Shown piece after piece: positions 27,508-32,000 of a stretch of 32,000 nt of DNA. The notes under the pieces were generated by a model. That model was given only the letters and a program-made list of their open reading frames with translations, searched no databases and was not told the DNA's origin. Positions within the stretch are counted from its first letter, which is position 1. Every line of letters begins with the position of its first letter. Origin of the DNA: Halomicrobium mukohataei DSM 12286 (GTDB taxonomy: Archaea; Halobacteriota; Halobacteria; Halobacteriales; Haloarculaceae); the NCBI RefSeq assembly GCF_000023965.1, contig NC_013202.1:1530001-1562000 (forward strand), written 5' to 3'. The position numbers were made by a program, and so were the translations under genes.

Positions 27508-27851
27508 TCAGATCGGCGTGTCGTGCTCGGACTCGAAGTGCCAGCAGACTGCGTCTCCTGTTGTCTCGCTCGCTTCGCTCGCGAGACTCTCCGAATTACT
27601 CGTCCGAGCACTCAGATCGGCGTGTCGTGCTCGGACTCGAAGTGCCAGCAGACTGCGTCTCCTGTTGTCTCGCTCGCTTCGCTCGCGAGACTCTCCGAAT
27701 TACTCGTCCGAGCACTCAGATCGGCGTGTCGTGCTCGGACTCGAAGTGCCAGCAGACTGCGTCTCCCGTTGTCTCGCTCGCTTCGCTCGCGAGACTCTTC
27801 GAATTACTCGTCCGAGCACTCAGATCGGCGTGTCGTGCTCGGACTCGAAGT
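27508..27851. repeat. 104-bp tandem repeat, 3 full units plus a 32-nt partial unit that is the native 3' end of CDS 27820..28356
   Basis: Units are 27508-27611 and 27612-27715 (identical by my reading) and 27716-27819 (2 substitutions). 27820-27851 then matches the first 32 nt of the unit. Each unit begins TCAGATCGGCGTGTCGTGCTCGGACTCGAAGT, the reverse complement of ...FESEHDTPI-stop. Confidence 0.95.
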
Positions 27852-28356
27852 CTCGCTGGGCGCGGTACTGCTCGACGAACTCGCTCACGTCGAACTCCAG
27901 CATCTCCTGTTCGAACTGGTCCATGACCGCGTCGTCCTCGGCGTGGCTGACGGCGTGTTCCATCAGTTCGACGAGCAACTCGACGACGATCTCGTGGAGT
28001 CGACGGGAATCGAAGTCGGCCACCCACACCAGCGCGTAGCCGACGGCCCCGTCCTCTGCCACGTCGGCGACGGCCATCTCCTCGGGGAACTCCTCCATCA
28101 CGATCGCCATGAGGTGTGCTGTCGTGAACTCCTCGCGGTCGTCCTCGGCCGGTTCGACGGTCTCGGTGAGGATCTCGACGAGGAACTCCGGGACGAACCG
28201 CGAGAGGGGGTGCATGTCCATCACGACGGCGTGGGTCTCGCCGCAGCGACAGTCGAACTCCCGCAGACCCATGTCCAGTTCGTGGATGGAGCGCTCTTCC
28301 CCGCAGGGCAGTTCCATGGACTGGCCCCCGTTCCCGGGCACGCCGGACTCTGTCAT
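27820..28356 (-). CDS. conserved-looking acidic protein with a CGEE...CRCGETH motif (function unknown)
   Basis: 178-aa ORF: MTESGVPGNGGQSMELPCGEERSIHELDMGLREFDCRCGETHAVVMDMHPLSRFVPEFLVEIL...ALVWVADFDSRRLHEIVVELLVELMEHAVSHAEDD.... TCGTTTTAAC (28381-28390, minus) lies ~29 nt upstream of the ATG. Confidence 0.75.
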   Translation of the reverse strand: MTESGVPGNGGQSMELPCGEERSIHELDMGLREFDCRCGETHAVVMDMHPLSRFVPEFLVEILTETVEPAEDDREEFTTAHLMAIVMEEFPEEMAVADVAEDGAVGYALVWVADFDSRRLHEIVVELLVELMEHAVSHAEDDAVMDQFEQEMLEFDVSEFVEQYRAQRDFESEHDTPI

Positions 28357-28433
28357 TACCAGCGGTAGCGGGTTCGTGCGGTTAAAACGAGCGATGTTTC
28401 ATGTCGACGGGCCGCTGGGATGCGCGACCGAGA

Positions 28434-30023
28434 TCAGTCAGTCGCCACGTGCTCGTCGGTTGTGGTCCCTGTCTCGGACTGCCGGTTCCCGTCGGCGTTG
28501 GCTTCGAACTCGGCGACGAGCGACTGCAACCGTTCTGCTTTCGTCGAGAGCGAACTGGCTCCCGAAGAGATCTGCCGGGTCGTCGCAGTTTGTTCCTCGG
28601 CGGCAGCAGAGGCGTTCTGAGCCTCTTCTGCGGTTCGGTCGCTGATCTCGGTCACTTCGTCGATCATGCCGACGACCTCCTGGCTGGAGTCTGCTTGCTG
28701 GTCAGTCGCGTCGTCGATCGACTGGATACCGTTGTTGGCGTCTTCGACGGCCTCGACAATCTGGCCGAGCTCTCCGACTGTGTCCTCAACTGTCTGTCGA
28801 CTCGTCTCGATGTCGTCCTGCATATCGAAAATATCCGTCGAGACGCGGTCAGTCGAGGATTCGACGGTCCCAATGAGCGACTCGACTTCTTGGGTCGCCT
28901 CGACAGTCTCCTGAGCGAGGCTCTTGACCTCGTTGGCAACTACAGCGAAGCCTTCACCGGCCTCGCCGGCACGAGCGGCCTCAATCGAGGCGTTGAGAGC
29001 GAGAATGTTGGTCTGCTCTGCGATGTCGTCGATCAGCTTCACCACTTCACCGATGCGACCGACGGCGGCTTCGAGTTCCTCGACCTCGGCGACCGTTTCG
29101 GTCGCTTGCGTTTCGAGTGCTGCCATCTTCTCGACGGTTTCACTGGCAGTCTCCTGGCTCTGCTCGCCGCGCTCGGCAGCCTGCTGTGATTGGCGAGCGA
29201 CCTCTGAAGCAGAAGAGGCGATCTCCTCGATCGTTGCCGAGAGATCGTTCATCTCGCTCGCGGTCTGATCGAGTTTCTGATGCTGGTTCTCCGTTCCAGT
29301 CGATATCTCTTCGATACTCTGTGCGACTTGCTCGCTGGTCGTTGCGATCTCGTCTGCACCGGCAGTCAGTTCTGTGCTGTCGCTGTCGACCTCCCGCGCG
29401 AACGACTGGATTTCACCGATGACCGACTCGATATCGTCCATCATCTCGTTGAACCGCTCGCCGATCTGAGTCATGGACTCGTTGCGGCTCTCGGGGTCCA
29501 TCCGAGTAGTGAAATCTCCACTTGCCGCTCGTGCCATCGTCGCACTGTAGGACTCGGCCTTCTGTTCGAGCGCATTCGAGATCTCCTCGAACTCTTCTTT
29601 GCGCTCTTTTGCCTCACGCTGGGCTTTCTCGGCGGTAGCGCGCTGTTGTTGGGCTTCTTCCCGCGCCTGTTCAGCCTGTTCTTTGGCCTGCTGGGCCTCC
29701 TCGTTCTTCCGCTCGGCGTCCTGTACCAGCACTTTCATCTCTTCGACGACACTGAGCGTCGCGGTGCCACCGATAGCGAAGACTGCGACCGTCGCGGTCA
29801 TCAACGATCCCGTCGCGAGGTTGAAGATCTCTTCCCCGATGCCGGCCTTCTCCATCATGAGGCTGCCCGTCCAAGCAAAGCCAAGCACCGACGCGAACGT
29901 GAAGGCGACCCAAAACGGTGCTTCGGCCTCGCTGTCCCGGTAGTTCAACAGGCCCAGTATAGACGCGCCGACGAAGCCGACGGCCCCGATCCCATCAAAG
30001 ATTGGATCCAGTCCGGTGATCAT
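28434..30023 (-). CDS. methyl-accepting chemotaxis transducer (Htr), 3 N-terminal TM helices
   Basis: 529 aa. It has the highly conserved signalling hairpin [40 protein letters not shown] and a HAMP-like segment [11 protein letters not shown]...[16 protein letters not shown]. The N-terminus has 3 hydrophobic helices and no extracellular domain. Confidence 0.93.
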   Translation of the reverse strand: MITGLDPIFDGIGAVGFVGASILGLLNYRDSEAEAPFWVAFTFASVLGFAWTGSLMMEKAGIGEEIFNLATGSLMTATVAVFAIGGTATLSVVEEMKVLVQDAERKNEEAQQAKEQAEQAREEAQQQRATAEKAQREAKERKEEFEEISNALEQKAESYSATMARAASGDFTTRMDPESRNESMTQIGERFNEMMDDIESVIGEIQSFAREVDSDSTELTAGADEIATTSEQVAQSIEEISTGTENQHQKLDQTASEMNDLSATIEEIASSASEVARQSQQAAERGEQSQETASETVEKMAALETQATETVAEVEELEAAVGRIGEVVKLIDDIAEQTNILALNASIEAARAGEAGEGFAVVANEVKSLAQETVEATQEVESLIGTVESSTDRVSTDIFDMQDDIETSRQTVEDTVGELGQIVEAVEDANNGIQSIDDATDQQADSSQEVVGMIDEVTEISDRTAEEAQNASAAAEEQTATTRQISSGASSLSTKAERLQSLVAEFEANADGNRQSETGTTTDEHVATD

Positions 30024-30307
30024 GATTGCCCCTCTGCCATGATCACGTCACGCCGACGGACGTACGCCGCGACCAAGAAGACGAGGCCCGCGAGCCCGAC
30101 GCCGATCCCGTGTTCGACGAAGTTCAACACGCCACCGAGCAAGAGCGCCTCGATGTTCGTCGCGACCATCCCGACGACGAGTAGGACGTAGCCTGCTGTG
30201 AACCATTTTGTCTCTTCTTTGTACTGCGAGAGGACCGGAATAAGACCTACGAGGGCAACGATCAGCCCAACGAGTTCGAGTGGAGTGAATACCCAAACTT
30301 GTACCAT
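30020..30307 (-). CDS. 95-aa three-helix membrane mini-protein, translationally coupled to the Htr
   Basis: [87 protein letters not shown].... Its stop overlaps the Htr start (ATGA at 30020-30023). A TATA-rich box lies ~29 nt upstream of its ATG. Confidence 0.7.
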   Translation of the reverse strand: MVQVWVFTPLELVGLIVALVGLIPVLSQYKEETKWFTAGYVLLVVGMVATNIEALLLGGVLNFVEHGIGVGLAGLVFLVAAYVRRRDVIMAEGQS

Positions 30308-30324
30308 ACTCGTGGATAGTGATT

Positions 30325-30340
30325 GGTATACAAATATAGC
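30325..30340 (-). promoter_or_regulatory. TATA-rich promoter element of the mini-protein/Htr operon
   Basis: The minus strand reads GCTATATTTGTATACC, centred ~29 nt upstream of the ATG at 30307. This spacing is compatible with a leaderless transcript. Confidence 0.5.
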
Positions 30341-30448
30341 ACGGCCAGAGTATCACGCCTGAAAACACGCCGGACGGTCGTTTGAGCGGTTGCGGCCGTC
30401 ACGAGAGCGTTCACTGACGACGTGAAAATTGGACCACTTAGTAACAAT

Positions 30449-30510
30449 TGAAACGATTTACACACCGATCGCACTGCCGTCGTGCGATCGGGTGTGCATT
30501 GATTTTCAAT
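30449..30510. other. composite hairpin just downstream of CDS 30523..30936 (candidate terminator or structured RNA)
   Basis: CACACCGATCGCAC (30461-30474), loop TGCCGTC, then GTGCGATCGGGTGTG (30482-30496): a 14-bp stem with one bulged G. The outer arms ATTGAAA (30449-30455) and TTTCAAT (30504-30510) are also complementary. It is flanked by T-rich runs on the minus strand. Confidence 0.6.
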
Positions 30511-30522
30511 GTCTACTATAGC

Positions 30523-30936
30523 TCAGGGCCAGTCGTCGCGCTGCTCTTCCTCGTCGACGGCGTCGGGCGCTTCGGGATCGCCCAGTTCCCAGTCGGCCGC
30601 CTCGGCGGCTCCTTCGACGGTGAGGTACTCCCAGCCCGCCGTCTCGGCGAGTGCTTCGTCCTCGTCGCTCGTGCCGACGAAGACGTGGCGCTCGGTGTCG
30701 AACTGCTCTTTGACGTTGCCGAGGCTCTCTTCGCGGCCGCGCGGGCCCGAGAAGAAGTCCTGTCTGATGCGGTGTTTCCGACAGAAGTTCGTGACGACGT
30801 AGGTGGGTTTCTCGGAGATGACGCCGACGTACTCGGCCCACTGGCGCGCGTCGTTGAAGACTGCGTCAGGCTGAGCCAGTTCTTTGAGCGCCGCGAGTTC
30901 GATCGCGAGTGTCATGTCGCCGCTGCCGCCAACCAT
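30523..30936 (-). CDS. conserved-looking acidic cytoplasmic protein (function unknown)
   Basis: MVGGSGDMTLAIELAALKELAQPDAVFNDARQWAEYVGVISEKPTYVVTNFCRKHRIRQDFF...HVFVGTSDEDEALAETAGWEYL. The start at 30936 is favoured because the T6 tract lies ~26 nt upstream. The alternative start is 30915. Confidence 0.65.
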   Translation of the reverse strand: MVGGSGDMTLAIELAALKELAQPDAVFNDARQWAEYVGVISEKPTYVVTNFCRKHRIRQDFFSGPRGREESLGNVKEQFDTERHVFVGTSDEDEALAETAGWEYLTVEGAAEAADWELGDPEAPDAVDEEEQRDDWP

Positions 30937-30959
30937 GCCCGGATCTCGGCTGCCACCGG

Positions 30960-30965
30960 AAAAAA
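30960..30965 (-). promoter_or_regulatory. oligo-T (T6) tract: candidate terminator of CDS 30987..31208 and/or TATA-like element of CDS 30523..30936
   Basis: The minus strand reads GGCCTTTTTTCCGG, 22 nt after the stop at 30987 and ~26 nt before the ATG at 30936. Confidence 0.45.
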
Positions 30966-30986
30966 GGCCGTCGGTTCACCCGCCGA

Positions 30987-31208
30987 TCAGCGCTGGCGGT
31001 CGTCCACGTCCCGCAGTTTCGACGCCTGCCCGTTGATCTCCCGCATCTCCCTGACGGCGTCCTGCCCGTTTTTGTGACCGTGGGCATAGTTGACGGAGGC
31101 GTCGAGCAGCGACCCGGCGAAGCCAGCGTCTTCGTCGTCGCCACCGTCATCGTCCTCGCTGCTTCGTTTCGGAATGCCGACCAGCCAGCGGACGAATCGT
31201 CGGAGCAT
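30987..31208 (-). CDS. small acidic protein (function unknown)
   Basis: 73-aa ORF: MLRRFVRWLVGIPKRSSEDDDGGDDEDAGFAGSLLDASVNYAHGHKNGQDAVREMREINGQASKLRDVDDRQR. A T6 tract lies ~28 nt upstream of the ATG and another T6 lies ~22 nt after the stop. Confidence 0.55.
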   Translation of the reverse strand: MLRRFVRWLVGIPKRSSEDDDGGDDEDAGFAGSLLDASVNYAHGHKNGQDAVREMREINGQASKLRDVDDRQR

Positions 31209-31233
31209 GCGCTCAAGTTTCCGTTACAGCGAC

Positions 31234-31239
31234 AAAAAA
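31234..31239 (-). promoter_or_regulatory. oligo-T (T6) tract: candidate terminator of the oxidoreductase gene and/or TATA-like element of CDS 30987..31208
   Basis: The minus strand reads GCGTTTTTTGTCGC, 20 nt after the stop at 31259 and ~28 nt before the ATG at 31208. Confidence 0.45.
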
Positions 31240-31258
31240 CGCTCGCCGACTGTCGACG

Positions 31259-32000
31259 TTACTCGGCCTGTGCGGGCGCGACTTCTTCGAGGCGTTCGAT
31301 GTCCACGTCTTCTTCGAGCAGCAGTTCCTTCTTGTCTGCGACCTCGCGCTCTTCGCGGATGAGCTTCTTGAACTTCGACTGCTGGGAGAGATCGCCGATG
31401 AGCACGCCGCCGATGAGCTTGCCGTCCTTGAAGGTGAGTCGCCGCCACTCCGTGTCGGAGTACTTTCGCTCGCAGTCCTCGTCGCCGAGCGTCGGGTGAC
31501 CGAAGGAGAGGAAGGGGAAGTCGAAGTGGGTGATCGAGTACGTCGAGACCCAGCGGAACTCTTCTTCCTCGGCATCGGCGACCATGTTGGCACCGGCGAC
31601 CGAACCCTGCTCTTTGGCCGAGCCCCACGCGCCGTTCTGTGCGCGCTCGTCGAGGATCGTGTCGTAGAACTGCGTGATGTCGCCCGCGGCGTAGACATCT
31701 TCCACGTTGGTCTGCATGTACTCGTCGACGACGATCCCGTCGTCGGTCTCGATGTCCGAGCCGGCGAGGAACTCGGTGTTGAAGTCCAGCCCGATCGCGA
31801 CGCCCGCGAAGTCGCCGTCGTAGCGGTTGCCGTCGGGGTCGACGGCCGCCTCCACGTGGCCGTCGTCGTCGACCTTGAAGTGATCGACGCCGGACTCGAA
31901 GACGGGTTCGACGCCGACGCCGCGCATCGCGTCGTGGATGATCTCCGCGCCGTCGAGGCTGAGCGCGTAGCGCCACCAGCGGTTGCCACGCATGAGGAAC
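31259..32000 (-). CDS. FAD-dependent pyridine nucleotide-disulfide oxidoreductase family protein (C-terminal part; gene continues past the window end)
   Basis: The reading frame is open to the window edge. It contains ...VYAAGDITQF... (the FAD-binding GD motif) and a C-terminal dimerisation-type domain ...RRLTFKDGKLIGGVLIGD. Confidence 0.75.
   Translation of the reverse strand, partial: FLMRGNRWWRYALSLDGAEIIHDAMRGVGVEPVFESGVDHFKVDDDGHVEAAVDPDGNRYDGDFAGVAIGLDFNTEFLAGSDIETDDGIVVDEYMQTNVEDVYAAGDITQFYDTILDERAQNGAWGSAKEQGSVAGANMVADAEEEEFRWVSTYSITHFDFPFLSFGHPTLGDEDCERKYSDTEWRRLTFKDGKLIGGVLIGDLSQQSKFKKLIREEREVADKKELLLEEDVDIERLEEVAPAQAE

Noticed and set aside
27508-27851. Possible CRISPR array.
   Set aside because: The units are contiguous 104-bp tandem copies with no unique spacers between them, and no cas genes are in the window.

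Overview
High-GC, gene-dense chromosomal segment that looks haloarchaeal (class Halobacteria). Supporting signs are acidic proteins, an Htr-type transducer, CheF paralogs, a Tat-lipobox halocyanin, a fused AhbA/B siroheme decarboxylase, and TATA-like boxes about 26-28 nt upstream of many start codons (leaderless style). I support about 35 protein genes, almost all housekeeping:
- Left end: ABC1/UbiB kinase (partial), Hsp20, a MoeA-like protein, a HAD hydrolase and pterin-4a-carbinolamine dehydratase.
- Alternative-heme operon ahbAB-sirC-hemA.
- Several small conserved zinc-ribbon or membrane proteins, an MFS transporter, a lipoprotein and halocyanin.
- OYE flavin reductase plus a VOC ring-cleaving dioxygenase, then Pus10.
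- GtrA plus a sulfatase-like enzyme, UppP, two tandem CheF paralogs, and overlapping glmU-like/glmS.
- CarB, a conserved 178-aa protein, an Htr preceded by an overlapping 95-aa membrane mini-protein, and a partial FAD oxidoreductase.

I saw no rRNA, tRNA, CRISPR array, transposase or integrase by eye. I also do not see a clear multi-gene novel system such as a defence island.

The features that ordinary annotation does not explain are:
1. A near-perfect 104-bp tandem array (27508-27851) that re-copies the 3' end of a CDS three times. It is full of hairpins and has a TATA-rich palindrome placed to transcribe it.
2. A 3-helix Htr translationally coupled to a possibly paralogous 3-helix mini-protein.
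3. A small family of intergenic hairpins sharing a conserved stem and loop core (4206-4231, 9493-9518, 30464-30493), one of them nested in an 82-nt extended hairpin.

All family assignments come from reading motifs in the translations. No database search was run.
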